Of a stretch of 64,000 nucleotides of DNA, positions 48,977 to 61,233 are shown piece after piece. The DNA comes from Schizochytrium sp. TIO01 (taxonomy: Eukaryota; Protista; Bigyra: Labyrinthulomycetes). The notes under the pieces are model-generated. The model did not search any database, was not told the DNA's origin, and worked only from the letters and a program-made list of their open reading frames with translations. The position numbers and the translations under genes are program-made. Positions within the stretch are counted from its first letter, which is position 1; each line of letters opens with the position of its first letter. The stretch spans positions 6,438,029 through 6,502,028 of the forward strand of contig SMSO01000014.1 in the NCBI GenBank assembly GCA_004764695.1. Reading direction: 5' to 3'.

Positions 48977-51523
48977 TAATCAAGCAGTCGATGCACATCC
49001 GCGGATTATAATAGCACATTTCCTCCTTTGGTTTGTCTACACTTGCCTCTTCTAAGGGAGAAAGTAATTAAGTGTTCGTTGTTGTTCGGAAATAGTTAGG
49101 GACATAGTGAGCCGTTGAGTAAGGTTTTCTTCTTTCATGCGCCGCTGCTCATTACTTCGTTCACGTGCCTGCAGGTTATATCAAGTTTCAACGAACGAAA
49201 ATGCAAAATGAAGCAGCAGGCGCTTTCTGGGTTGTTGCTTACCATTCATGGTGCTCTGGAACTCGCAGGCAGCGGCTGTCATGAGCTTTGTAAGACATTT
49301 GCAGCGTTGAAACTGTGCAGTAGTAGTAAGATGAACTTGTTGGTGTGGTTTCTTTAAAATGTTGCGTTTTGCCCCTTTGAACAGTTGGGTTGATTGATCT
49401 CCGCGCAGATGAAGCCAAGTTTTGCGCAACGAGCGGTTCAGACCGAGCAGGATCTTTCTTTTATCAGCTGCTTTAGTGGACCTTAGCAGCATGGTCGATT
49501 CAGAAGCAGCGCTACAGGTACCTGAGCACCTACCGAATTGAAGTAATACAAAGTGCGAAGAGTTGACACCACCGTGACTTGTGCAGAAGGATCTGCTCGG
49601 CGCTGCTCGAAGATTAACAGGAGTTCATGAAGGCAGTAACACTCAGTACAAGTATAGAGATAGAGATTGAGCTAGGTGGATCAGAGTTGTGAAAGATTGT
49701 GAAGGAATGAGCCACGGGGAAGGAAGAAGCATAGCAGGAGGAGGGCAAGGATGTCAAGTAAGAACACCTCCTGAATCTCTAGTTTTACACATATACACAC
49801 ACCGTAAGGAAATCATAGCCTGGAGCGATCATGCGATACCTTCAAAATAGAGCTTACTCGATGCGTGCAGGAAATTATTCTCATTTTGCGCAGTCCCATG
49901 GAAATTGGCGGCTAACCAGTGCGTGAGATATCCTTGACGCGCAAATTGTAGTACCTAATTGCTACTAGGGTACTAATACCACTAAAATAACATTACAGAT
50001 AGAGTGTGCGAGATTTGGAATAGTGAAACCTGGGCTGCTTGTAGTACAGGAGATGCCTACATTTGAAGGATTTTTGCATTGGTGTTGTTTGTTTGTGCCA
50101 AAATAAGGGCTCTTTTCAATTCACAAGTGCTTTGTATGTCTTTGAAGTTCCAAGCTCTCTGGAAGTCTTCACTGAGTCAAGAACCTGAATGAATCGGGTA
50201 GAGGATTGACCATCATGAAGAACCAACTAGGTAGATAGGTAGCTACAGTATTCGGCGAAATGGCTCAAGGGCCAAGATTATTAGAACCCAGGAGAACTTC
50301 TCTTCTATTTACAGCTCCAGCAGAACCTCGCAGAACAGAAGGTATTGAAGGAACGACTCTTTTCTCTTATAATAAATCTCCCAGTGTCAATGGTAACCTT
50401 GTGGGCATAAATGATGTTTTCTTTTGCCACATTCGTGGTCTAGGCGTTTTCATGAGATGATTGCTGCCTCCATTCAGAGTAAACAAAAACTCTAGTCATT
50501 TTCTTAATATTCCTTTCGAAGAGAAATAGAATTCGTGTCCGTGTGTTGGTGGATAATGAAATGTCTTTTATATAGGTACTGCTTTCCCCTTTTGGTTGAT
50601 TTAACTTTAAAGAAGACAATTATAATTCCAAAGATTCTGTTGAGATATATAAGATAGAACACTGCTCCATTGATTTGCTTCATATGAAGGATTCAAATGA
50701 GAAAAAAAAAATCGCAAGAAATATTTTATTTATTTGTAAACACAGCGGGAGAGCTGAGATAACTATTTGCAAACTATATATACTTTTTCAACTACCGGAT
50801 CAGCAAGCGTATAGGATTGTGCTGCCTAGAGCCTAATCAGAAATATTCCCAAACTCCCTTTCATAAATAGGGCCTTGAATGAGATTTAAGATTCGCTGGC
50901 GTCTTGAGAAAATGGTCATAATCCTTTAAAGCATAACCTACAAGAAGTCTTAGTTTGTCTCTTACCTTAAGGCATAGTAGCACTTGTCAAGTAGCTTCAT
51001 GGGCGTAATTCACCATTGTGTTGGATGACTTTTAACGAAGATGATTCTCAGTATTTGTTTCGCTTTCTTATTATTAGATCAAAAGATTTCTTTTCACAAT
51101 ATCCGAAACGAAATTAAAATGCATGACCGTCTGGGAAAACAAACGCATGGCTCTAAAATGTCTTCAGATGGTTAAAGCTAATCCAATATTTATACAGCTG
51201 ACACTTAAGTTTCTTCAAAATATGAATGGTTAGCTCAAACAAGATAATGAATAAGCATCGATGTAAAGTTGTATTAATTTTTATACTATTTAAAGTGAAT
51301 TACGTCCACAAGGTCAAGAATTGATTGATTTGGCTCTTGAGAAAGCACTGCAATTCGTTATTGATGCAAAAGCTCATGCATGCAGCAACCCGCCACACCT
51401 TGTGTACTTCAGAGTAGATACAAGCACGATCAAGACTTTGGCCGATCTGCCAGGGTAACACTACATATTTATTCCTGAAACATGCAATAGACGCTGAAGG
51501 CATGGCTTGCCAACCCTTTGCGT

Positions 51524-54500
51524 TTAGTCTGTTTCGGGTTTTGCTGCCTGAGCTTTATGTTTTTGTAGAACCTGCTCCACCTTTTGGGAGTGCTGTTGTC
51601 TTGCTTGAACACGTTCATTGAGAAGCGCATCTCTCTGATTTGAAACAGCTGACTCGTGCATCATAATCTCCTCAGCAGATCTCGGGGAACGCATTTTTAG
51701 CTTTTGCTGCAGGCTGGGCGGCAATGATGGAGACTCGTCGCGTTCATCAGGAACAAAAGAAACTTGGTTCTCGACAAACTGTTGCTTCAGAGCCTTCACT
51801 TGGGCCACATATGCCTGATGAGAATGCGCACTACGAGACTTTGCCTCTAGCATACTGACCCGCCGTTGCTGTGCGCGAGCCTGCTTACCTTGCATCGCCT
51901 CCTCAGTAGGGCTGCGGTAAGCCTTCAAGCGCTCCTTCAGGCGATCTGGAAGTTGAGCATTATTTGCAATCTCAGACTCATCGTAGCGTGGTTTTGTCTT
52001 CAGCAACTTACGGACCTCTTGAACCTTGGTAGCGTGTTCGGCAAGCTTGGCACTACGTGCGGCAAGAATTCCAGCGCGCCGAGCACCAGTGGCAACCTCT
52101 TTGGCTAAAAGTGACTCGGCTGTGGGTTTAGCCGCTTCCACTTCAGCAAGGCGCTTTCGAAGGTGTTTTGGAAGACTTACTGGCTTAGTGGCACCCTTTG
52201 TAAGAATTTCCATCGAATCCCTGTACATGTTGTGAGTCTTACGAACATCGTCAGCATGTTGCAAATGCATCATTGCCTTATGCGACTTTGTTGCATTAAA
52301 CAAACGTGATCGTGTCGCTGCCATCTCGAGGCGCTTTTTGATAGCCTCATTTGTGGGCTTGCGCAACTCCCCTAAGCGCTTAGCAAGGTGTTCTGGCAGC
52401 TCAATCCCTGCAGGTGCACCATCAGGAAACCGTAATTCAGTTTCCTTAGCCAACTGGCGAGCTTTGACCTTACAGCCATGCAAACGAGCAGATTTTTGCA
52501 CACTCTTCAACATAGAGGAGCGCTTCAAGCCTGCATCTTTCTCACGCGCGAGCAGTGCCTCGGAAGTCCACTTTGGGGCGAGCGCCTCTGCACGCTTAGC
52601 AAGACGATTGGGTAGTTTAACCTGATCTGGAGCTTTTGTAACCAGAACTACCTCATTGTCTACTAAGCTTTTCTTCAGCTCACGAGCGGCACTGCCGCGA
52701 CATTGTGCAATAGTAGCACGAAAGCGGATAGCTTCAACCACAAGTGCATGCCGGGCTGCAGCTTGTGCCAACTTCCTCCTTATGGTCTCAGCCTTTGGCT
52801 TGCTCAGACTAGACAAACGAGAACGCAACTGCGCAGGCAGAAAAGGAGCGATAACTTCATCTGTAAAACGCGGTTCGCGAGTTTTCCTTGCGAGACGATC
52901 TGCTGCAAGCTTATTGTGAGCCATAGCTTTAGCCGAGACAGTCTTCATGAGACCGCGACGAACATCAGCTGCATGTTCTTCCTTGGCAATAAGACGCTCT
53001 GGAGTCCACGATGGAGTCAAACGTCCGAGGCGATCTTGAAGATGCTTAGGAAGCGGCGTCGAGATGGGAGCAGAGGTAGGCAATACCATACCAGTCTGCA
53101 CCATAGATTGCTTTAAGGCTACAGCAGTCTTAGCAGCATCGTTGTGCAAATGCGCTACATGTGCACGTTGTGCAATCGCTGCTGCACGGCGAACAGTGGC
53201 AAGCTCGTTCTTACGAAGAATTGCCTCGGGTGTACGACGCTGAATTCCTTCAAGACGTGTTCGCAGCTTTTCTGGAAGTCCAGAAGGGATACGGTTGTTG
53301 CCAAACCTAGCTTCGAAACGCTTATTTGCACTTAGCTTTTCAACCTTGGTGCCGTGTTCTGCCGCAGCGGCAACAACACCTTCGAGCATATCGTGGCGCT
53401 TCTGAGCTGCAGCTTCCTCCTTGGCGTATTGCTTTTCTGGTGTCCAGGTCATGGATCTTGCCCGGAGTAACTCAAGACGCTTGGCGAGTCTCTTGGGAAG
53501 AGAAATGGGAGTTGCATGGCTAATCTCTGCTGAGGTTGCGAGAATAATATCATTATTCACGATGCTTTGCTTCAGAGCACGTGCACGTGGAACATTAACA
53601 ATGTTGTGAGCACGCGCTACCTGAGCTTTGGACTCAATATGCATTTTAGCGCGGTTCAATGCAAGAGTTTCCTTTCGAAGAATAGTTTCTTTAGTGGAGC
53701 GCTTGATGTTTGCCAGACGAGCACGAAGCCGATCTGGAAGAATTGCCACAGTACCAGAGTCGGCCCCCGACTCTTGCTGTTGTTGTGGCAATTCACTGAA
53801 ACGTGGCTCAGTTGTCTTGTTCTCACAGAGCTTTGCAACACGGGCAAGATGAGTCCGCACCTTGGCCTGCTTGGCAGAGATAAGCTCAGCACGGCGCGCA
53901 GACACACGATCGTTGGCGCCAAGAATCGACTCAGGGGTCCACTTCGGAGCCAGCTCTTGAACGCGCTTGGCCAAGCGTTTAGGCAAAAGTACAGGCTCTG
54001 GGCCCTTGGCAGAGGTGCCAAAGTCGACTTCGTTGGCAACAAAGGCGTCACGAGCAGAACGTACGTGATTGACTGTGACAGAGTGGCATTTTGCTTCTGC
54101 AATCTTTGAATCTAGCAAAATTTGTTTCCTCGATGCTGCCATAGTCTCGCGTCGCAAGATGGCCTCTTTAGTTGGGCGGCGGAAGTTTTCCAGACGAACT
54201 TTCAGGTGTTCAGGGAGAAATTCAGGCACCTCCTCATACCGACGCTCAGAGGCTTTAGCGGCCATGCGTGCATTTACAGTAGCCAAGTGGGAGGCTTGTT
54301 TTTCCTTGACAGCATCAAGCTGTGCCTGGCGGCGTGCCTCAACTTGCGCCTCTTTATCCAAAATTGGCACGGCGCGTGCAGCTGAGATAGCCTCGAGGTC
54401 GCGGAGCCGCTTCGCTAAACGTTTCGGTAGCTTAATTGGCTCACTAGGGTGGCAACACGAACCCGTGGTCATTTTTCCACAAATGGCAGATGCATTCTCA

Positions 54501-54976
54501 TCAGAGCAAGCTCCACCAGAAATGTTCTTATCAAATTCGTTTTTGCGTGCACGAACCTCTTGGACCTTGGCTCCATATTGTGCGGCGCCCTGCACTTTCG
54601 CCTTGATCATCTCTTCACGTTTCATTTCCACCTGCTCCTCTTTTTGCAGAATGTGTTCTGCTGTAGGCCGCCCTGGCAAGGATGCAAGTCTCTTCTGAAG
54701 GCGTAGAGGCAGCTGCACCTTGTTTTGGACTACATTCATGCTTTTCACTTTAAGAGCGCCATCTTCCGCGGCAAATCCAAGTTGATTGCTAAGCTGAGTT
54801 TTGTTTTCCTCGCCTGCACTTGCTACATTGATACCGCGTTTTGTTGGTGTTCCTGGTTGGCGCACAGTAAGCAAATTCGTCGGCTCTGGCCTTGCGTTGA
54901 CATTTTTGGTGCCGTTAAGGATTCCGCGCCTTTGCTCGGAGAGGTCTATGAAGTAAGCGGTGGAGGAGTTTGACAT
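51524..54976 (-). CDS. ~1150-aa tandem-repeat helical protein with 14 LPxRLxxRL...TxExIxxKExxAxxRR...H repeats (stathmin-like)
   Basis: ORF 51524..55006 has its first ATG at 54976. Fourteen ~70-80-aa units each begin LPx(R/H)LxxRL. The protein is very basic and Ala-rich. Confidence 0.88.
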   Translation of the reverse strand: MSNSSTAYFIDLSEQRRGILNGTKNVNARPEPTNLLTVRQPGTPTKRGINVASAGEENKTQLSNQLGFAAEDGALKVKSMNVVQNKVQLPLRLQKRLASLPGRPTAEHILQKEEQVEMKREEMIKAKVQGAAQYGAKVQEVRARKNEFDKNISGGACSDENASAICGKMTTGSCCHPSEPIKLPKRLAKRLRDLEAISAARAVPILDKEAQVEARRQAQLDAVKEKQASHLATVNARMAAKASERRYEEVPEFLPEHLKVRLENFRRPTKEAILRRETMAASRKQILLDSKIAEAKCHSVTVNHVRSARDAFVANEVDFGTSAKGPEPVLLPKRLAKRVQELAPKWTPESILGANDRVSARRAELISAKQAKVRTHLARVAKLCENKTTEPRFSELPQQQQESGADSGTVAILPDRLRARLANIKRSTKETILRKETLALNRAKMHIESKAQVARAHNIVNVPRARALKQSIVNNDIILATSAEISHATPISLPKRLAKRLELLRARSMTWTPEKQYAKEEAAAQKRHDMLEGVVAAAAEHGTKVEKLSANKRFEARFGNNRIPSGLPEKLRTRLEGIQRRTPEAILRKNELATVRRAAAIAQRAHVAHLHNDAAKTAVALKQSMVQTGMVLPTSAPISTPLPKHLQDRLGRLTPSWTPERLIAKEEHAADVRRGLMKTVSAKAMAHNKLAADRLARKTREPRFTDEVIAPFLPAQLRSRLSSLSKPKAETIRRKLAQAAARHALVVEAIRFRATIAQCRGSAARELKKSLVDNEVVLVTKAPDQVKLPNRLAKRAEALAPKWTSEALLAREKDAGLKRSSMLKSVQKSARLHGCKVKARQLAKETELRFPDGAPAGIELPEHLAKRLGELRKPTNEAIKKRLEMAATRSRLFNATKSHKAMMHLQHADDVRKTHNMYRDSMEILTKGATKPVSLPKHLRKRLAEVEAAKPTAESLLAKEVATGARRAGILAARSAKLAEHATKVQEVRKLLKTKPRYDESEIANNAQLPDRLKERLKAYRSPTEEAMQGKQARAQQRRVSMLEAKSRSAHSHQAYVAQVKALKQQFVENQVSFVPDERDESPSLPPSLQQKLKMRSPRSAEEIMMHESAVSNQRDALLNERVQARQQHSQKVEQVLQKHKAQAAKPETD

Positions 54977-57900
54977 TTTTGGGGGTATGTGCTCGCAGGC
55001 CCGCACGCTCGCCTTGGTTGGGTATATGCTTGATGGGTGCTTTGCTTGTTGATTCTGGGCGCTTTAGGGTCCCAGCAAGTCCTTCTGGGACGACGAGCTC
55101 CGAAAGATCTTGAAACTCTAAGCTCGCGTGTATTTAGAAAAATTGCTCAAGAATGCAAAAGCAAAAGAGAGTCCGATTGCCCTCCGCGTTGGATCTAGAC
55201 AAAATCCCGTGGCGCAGCGTAGAGTAATCCTATTCTGGTGAGTCTCGCTTCCTATTTTGACAAGGGCCTCTGCTTTCGATTCTGGCAGTCTGACTGCAGA
55301 CCTCCAAGAAGAATCAAATCAACAATACGACGGTGAAGCTCGCAACGTCGGCTTCGACGACGCAGCAGCGAGAAGTGCAGTGCAGCCGCGCGAAGAACTC
55401 GCCAACTCCACCTCACGCCTCGCGCAGTGCTTGACTTGGCTTCGTACTTTGCGTGGTTTGATGAAGTACCCGACTTTCCCTTACCTCCTGAGCCCACAGA
55501 GTGTTCCCTCTACCACCCACTGATATGAGCTTTATGAAAAATCAATATATCTCCTACTATTTAATTTCAGTGGTATATGAGAGGGCTCCCACTGGAAGGC
55601 ATTGTCTCTTAGAGGGCAACGTCCGGTGCAGACCTGGCACACTGACTAGCTGCAAATACTTTAAACCTATAGTAATATTTTTTCTTGGCCTTTCTCTCTA
55701 AGAACTGGTAACGGTAAAGTGAACGTCATTGTTGAAAATGAAAAGAGAAAGCAAAGCAGGGAAAAACAGTTTCGATTGAACAAAGAGATAGATATTCACA
55801 TAATGTCCATTGGGGGTTCAAGAACTGGAGAAGAAGACGGACTCTCTGAATTTCAGGGCTCATGAACCTTCAAACAGAATTTCGGGGCCCTGCACTGTAC
55901 TGTCTTGTTTGCTGCTCTTTGCTTCCAGGCTCTTATTATTGGACAGTGTTCGTTCTACCATGACATGTTCTCTTCTCTATTAGGTGGGTTAAAAGAAACA
56001 GTCATTTTCTCACCCCCTTTTGTTAGTACTACCATAGTATAAAATATAGGCCTCCCTCTCTCTATGTAGATACACATATGGATTACTTATTTTTAATTAA
56101 AAAAATAGATAAATAGAATATTAATTGTATTATGATTTCCATTTCGATTTTTATTTTCTGATTATAGGAAAAACTTGCATTCTTTTCTCTTTTTTAACAA
56201 TTAAATAAGAACAGAAAGAAGAACTCGACGCCACAACAGTCAACGGAGAGCGAAAAGAAGTGCGAAGTTGAGTGTACGAGAGGACCTTCGAACTTCAATA
56301 ATATCTCAACTAGGGCAGCTATGGAAACCAACGCGCGAAAGCTTTGGACGTGTCAGTCTCTCTTTCTCTGCGTCTGCTTTTCTGTTTGGGGAGTTGGATC
56401 GTCTCTGCTCAAGAAAAGAAAAAGTGTTCAGGCAGATGGGTCTGAGGAGAAATAAATGTAATTTCTCCTTTAAAGAGTCTGTAGGTTGAAGTTCCACATA
56501 TTTATCGTCTGTGTGGCCCTCTCTATGTTGATATAAAATCAGTTTTTCTCCACCCGGGAAAATGCTTTCAAATCTCTTTAAACCTCAATCTGGATCTAGT
56601 GTATTATAGATACGGCAATTTTGTAGTAACGGAAAATATATACCCTTCTTATTTTACCGAGGGGATGAATAGGAGTCTTAAAGCGACCTTAGCTTTGCAC
56701 TATGCAGTGACAAAGACCTAGAAGTTGATATGATATATAGATGCATAACATGGTATGTATGTAATCAGATCTATGTGAATGAATTGATCGCGTGATAGTT
56801 TGATGCGGATTTTGCGTAGGCACTAACCTAAGTCCCTCTTGCTTCTCAGTATAAGAAGCTGATGATGATAATGGATTGGGGCTCGAAGAATCTCAAGACA
56901 GCACTATTTCGAGTTGGTATTTGGGGGGGGAACCTGATTCACCAATCGATATTTATTTTTTCATTCATTTCAGAGACGGCAAGTTTTAGCGTAAAGATTA
57001 TCTATGGGCTAGTTATAATGGCACGGGCGTGATGCACATCTGCGTTCACCGCGGTGTATTTTCAACTGAGGCACCGCCGAGAACCTTTGGCGATTGCCTT
57101 GACCAGGCATTTACAGTTCATTCGCATGCTAGCTGCTAACCTGCTGTCGAGGATGTGGAGCGACCGCCCTTCGTTTCTTTGCTGCGATGGCGTTTCAGGA
57201 GTTTCAGAGATCGGATACGTAGCCCCAATGTCACGAATAACCGCGACGCCCAAGATGGCGCCCCACAAAATGCTCTTCGGCCTGAACCAATTTTCTTTTT
57301 CCGCCTTGAGCCTCGAGCTCCTTCGATACTACCTCAGGCTATCATACAAGCAAGAGGCACTACCCACTCGGGACCCGAGTCCCAAAGGCGCTTTGGGTGA
57401 ACGGGTTTCCTAGCCAAAGCCCTGGAAAAGGTCAATCAGGAAACACCGGCCAAGTCTCAGGTCTCAACGACGGCCGTGGGGCACGCCGCGGCGGCACGCC
57501 CATACATGCATATCTGCGTGGAAACACAGATTACGAGGCACGTGCGAGCTCTCAAAGGCCCTGGCCCGCAGACGGCAAGTCTGCGTGGCGATTTGTTTGC
57601 GAGTTTCTTCGGGACAAGGGCAGGCCAGCGCAGAGAGAATCACGGGCGCGTCGAGGATCGCAATGGCCGCGTGCAGCGCAGAGATCGGCCTCGCGCTTGA
57701 TGAGCCGACTCCACACGTTCTGTTATTTACTATTTCGTGGCTACCCAAAGCGGAGAATTGGGGAGCCACATTGGTATTTGGGGATAGGGGTGATTAGCAC
57801 TTCGCTAGGGCGACAAAGAATCGCTCACACTCATCGATGTTAGTGGAATGGCGAGAGGGCAAATGCCGAGGAGACGATTGCACCCAAGCAAGCAATTACC

Positions 57901-58253
57901 CATCTGCCGAAGGCTCCGTTGCATCGCTTGGCGCGGCGAGCTTTCCTTCTCTGTGGCAAAACTGAAGGTTGAACCAGAGACCCCGGGGGGCTGGGTGCCT
58001 GCTCGCTTGCAGAGAGCCGCCACTCTTTGGGCCGTCACGGAGAACGATCGCCGCGGCGCGAACTCGCTGCGTTGCCGACTTCTGAGAGGCTGCATATCAA
58101 CCTCGCGAATTGGCCGATACCGTGTGCATTCAATTCGGCGCGTCTGGGAGTAACTTACTGAAAATTCAGAAAGCCGAACCTGTCAGCGGCAACTCCGACC
58201 GGGGCAAAAGCAGATCGAGCGGTGCCAGGGGAGCTCAAAACTGAGGTTTTGAT

Positions 58254-61233
58254 ATGCAGTATTGTAGAATAGAGGCTACGGAAATAACGAGATCTCCGAG
58301 CTCAGCCGCTGCAATGATGAATCGTAGCAATGGATGCTCTCGCCGAAAACAGCTGAGACAAATGAACATCAGGAACTCAGGACTGGGGTTCAGGATAAAG
58401 CATATCCCTGAACTTGTAGCACTAGCTCTCCTCAGCTTTCTGGCACATGCACAATGCTCTTGTGGAGCAGATCCACTGAATACTCTGCTGATCCTGATTG
58501 ATGATATGCGCACGGAAGTGGGCTCGTATGGGTCGAGCGATGTGAAAACGCCGAACCTAGACGCATTCGCGAAAGATGCTGTGAGCTTTGATAGAGTCTA
58601 CGCTCAGCAGGCACTTTGTGGTCCCTCACGGTTGTCCATGCTTACTGGGAGGAAGCACAAACTCTTTGAGATATTATCAACACTTGGATAAGGACACAGA
58701 GCTCGAGCACCTCACGGAGCACAGTAACTTCCCGACCTACTTTGGAGAAAACGGGTACACTACCATTGGCACGAGCAAAATCGCTCACTTTATCACAAAT
58801 AACAATGAAATTTTTGAAAAATATCGGCAGCAGCCCCCTGAGTATGACGCTGAGAGCTGCGGAGACGACGCAGTGTGCCCAGTGACGCTAGAGTCTGATA
58901 CAACAGACTACCATGCTGTAGAATTTGCAATCGACAGAATAGAGACAGCCTACAAGAAAAACTGGCAATGGTTTATGGTGCTAGGTATACGGAGGCCCCA
59001 TCTAAGCTTTCGGGCACCACAGAGTGTCTTCGAAACTTTCGACGAGTCGAAGATCTCCGTTGTTGATTCTGATCTCCGCTCTGTTCCTGAGAGTGCCCCG
59101 TGGCAAGCTCATGCTTTACTTTGCTCTGATCTTCAGAGCTCTACCGAAGTCTCAAACACCGGATTCATCGATGAAAATCGTGCGATTCTTGAAAATGACG
59201 TTGCACGGAAACTCCGCATGGGTTATTTCGCTTCTGTGCAGTGGGTCGATGAGCTCATTGGCCGTGTCTTATCGGTTGTTGACCTCAATACTACTCTTGT
59301 TGTAATCACCTCAGACCATGGTTGGAGTCTCGGCGAACATGGAGCTTGGTGTAAAAGCTCTCTTTATGATATTGCCTTACGTGTTCCATTCATGATTAGA
59401 GATCCTTACTCTTCCAGGACGCCTGGTTCACGTGACACCACCATCCTTAACCATCTAGACCTTTTCCCTACATTAGCAGAGCTTGCTGGTATCCCTGTCA
59501 CGAAGGATAACATGGAAGATTATGAACTCGAAGGAACTAGTTTTGCAAATCTCATGAGACCTAACGCCATTACATCAGATGCGGTCTCTGAGGTGATTGA
59601 ACAATTCGATACTCGTAGCGGTAGAGACTGGTCATATCCATCCGAATCCGCAATTTCTACACAACCGCTTTGTGCAGATGCATCGCAACTTAGTGCGCTT
59701 GGTATTACTGAGCAAGATGCCGGTATTGCACCTTGTCGTATCTGCATCTGGAAGAAAAGCGGCAAAGAAGTAGGTTGTGGCAAATGTTCTGGCCAGGAAA
59801 CCAAATGCGACATCAAGTTGAGAGATATTCTTTATATGGGATTCACAATTCGTGTCAAAGGTTATCGATACACAGAATGGCGATTGTTTGATAATGAGCT
59901 TCTTGTCGGTGATTGGACAAGCTCAGGTTTAGGCGCAACTGAGCTGTACGCCCATGATGACTCTGATGGAGGAGAGCTTGGACCAGAAACTGAAAATTTG
60001 GCGTCCACATCTCCTACCAAGTATGCTAGTAAAATTGAAGAACTTTCTGTACAACTTCGCGCAGGATTCTTGCGGTGCGATGACTCTAAATCCATTTATG
60101 GAGCCATGGGGGCTAATTCCTCAATCTCACTTTCCGCTGATGATGCTACTTCGTGTAGTCAGATTGGAGATCACTGTCTCTTTATTGATGACACGTGTCA
60201 TAGTCGAAGCTTTTGTGATTTTTCTGGTTCGAACGCAGAACAGCTTTGCCTCGAACGTGCCAATGATGGTGACCAGGCATGCGAATGGGATTCGAATGGC
60301 AACAAGTGCCTCATTGCCACAGCCTATCGCAGTCGTAGCATCATTCTCCCCACTCAGACACCTACCATGGCACCAACCAACGTTCCGACTCTAAAACCAA
60401 CGCAATCTCCAACAGAACATCCAACTAAACAACCAACAAAGACCCCGACCACCCCAATTCCCACGGCTAGTCCAACTCGTCGGCCTACATATGGCCCAAC
60501 TGAGTACACTAGTTTTTGCAACATGGTTCATCTTACATCCTGGTGGCAGGAGCAAGAAGACAGCGAAACTTGCATCTCCAATCAGATCAGCAACACCGAT
60601 GCTGCATCTGAACTGGAAGAGCTCTGTGCAGCAGAAAGTCCCGATCTTGAGTCAGACCCCCCGCCTTCCAATATAAAGAAGTACTGGCGTTGGAAGAAAA
60701 AGTATGGCCGCAATTGTCTTGCTATTGATGGTTGCCAGTACCATGAGCCCTTACAAAAATGTGTCATGAATACTTGCTATAACCGTAATGATGGAACATG
60801 CAATATCCAAGACACGGGTGGGCGATGTGTCTGGTACAAGCGCTCAGACCGTGTACGCGGAGGTGACGGCAACTTCCGTTTGGGCTGCTATATGAATCCA
60901 TGTCTTCTTACTTATTCGCTTGGATCCTTGGCTGAGTGTTCCAGCTCTTCTGACAAGTTGTTCACTTGCACCGAGTGTGAACGTTATGGCACCTGCCAAA
61001 TCCAGGATACCTTCGAGACTTCCTCAGAGTGTAGGCCGTGTACTAATTCTGCAGGATGTTATGCTGACAATGACACTGCGCAGGATTGCTTTGCTGCTCT
61101 TGACGATCCAGCCAGTTGTGGCTGGCGTAAACGAAAAGGAACCTATTGGGCATGTAACAAATGCGAGTTAAAGAGCTGTCCAAATGCAAATAATGTTCTG
61201 CCGAATGTTTCGAATTGTGACACCTCGACTTAG
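58254..61233 (+). CDS. Secreted/lysosomal iduronate-2-sulfatase-like sulfatase with Cys-rich and PT-stalk C-terminal extension; frameshifted (+1) at ~58657
   Basis: Frame 58254 gives a signal-like ALALLSFLAHAQC, LILIDDMR, TPNLDAFA and the formylglycine motif LCGPSRLSMLTGR. Frame 58588 continues with FGENGYTT..KIAH, RRPHLSFRAP, SDHGWSLGEHGAWCK, RVPFMI, DLFPTLAELAG and YRYTEW...ELY. The start could alternatively be 58314 or 58362. Confidence 0.88.
60349..60503 (+). repeat. PTxx mucin-like stalk repeat within the sulfatase
   Basis: PTQTPTMAPTNVPTLKPTQSPTEHPTKQPTKTPTTPIPTASPTRRPTYGPT. Confidence 0.9.

Noticed and set aside
57054-58153. Cluster of short GC-rich ORFs upstream of the sulfatase
   Set aside because: No recognisable domain, terminal repeats or consistent frame, so it cannot be called a gene or a TE.
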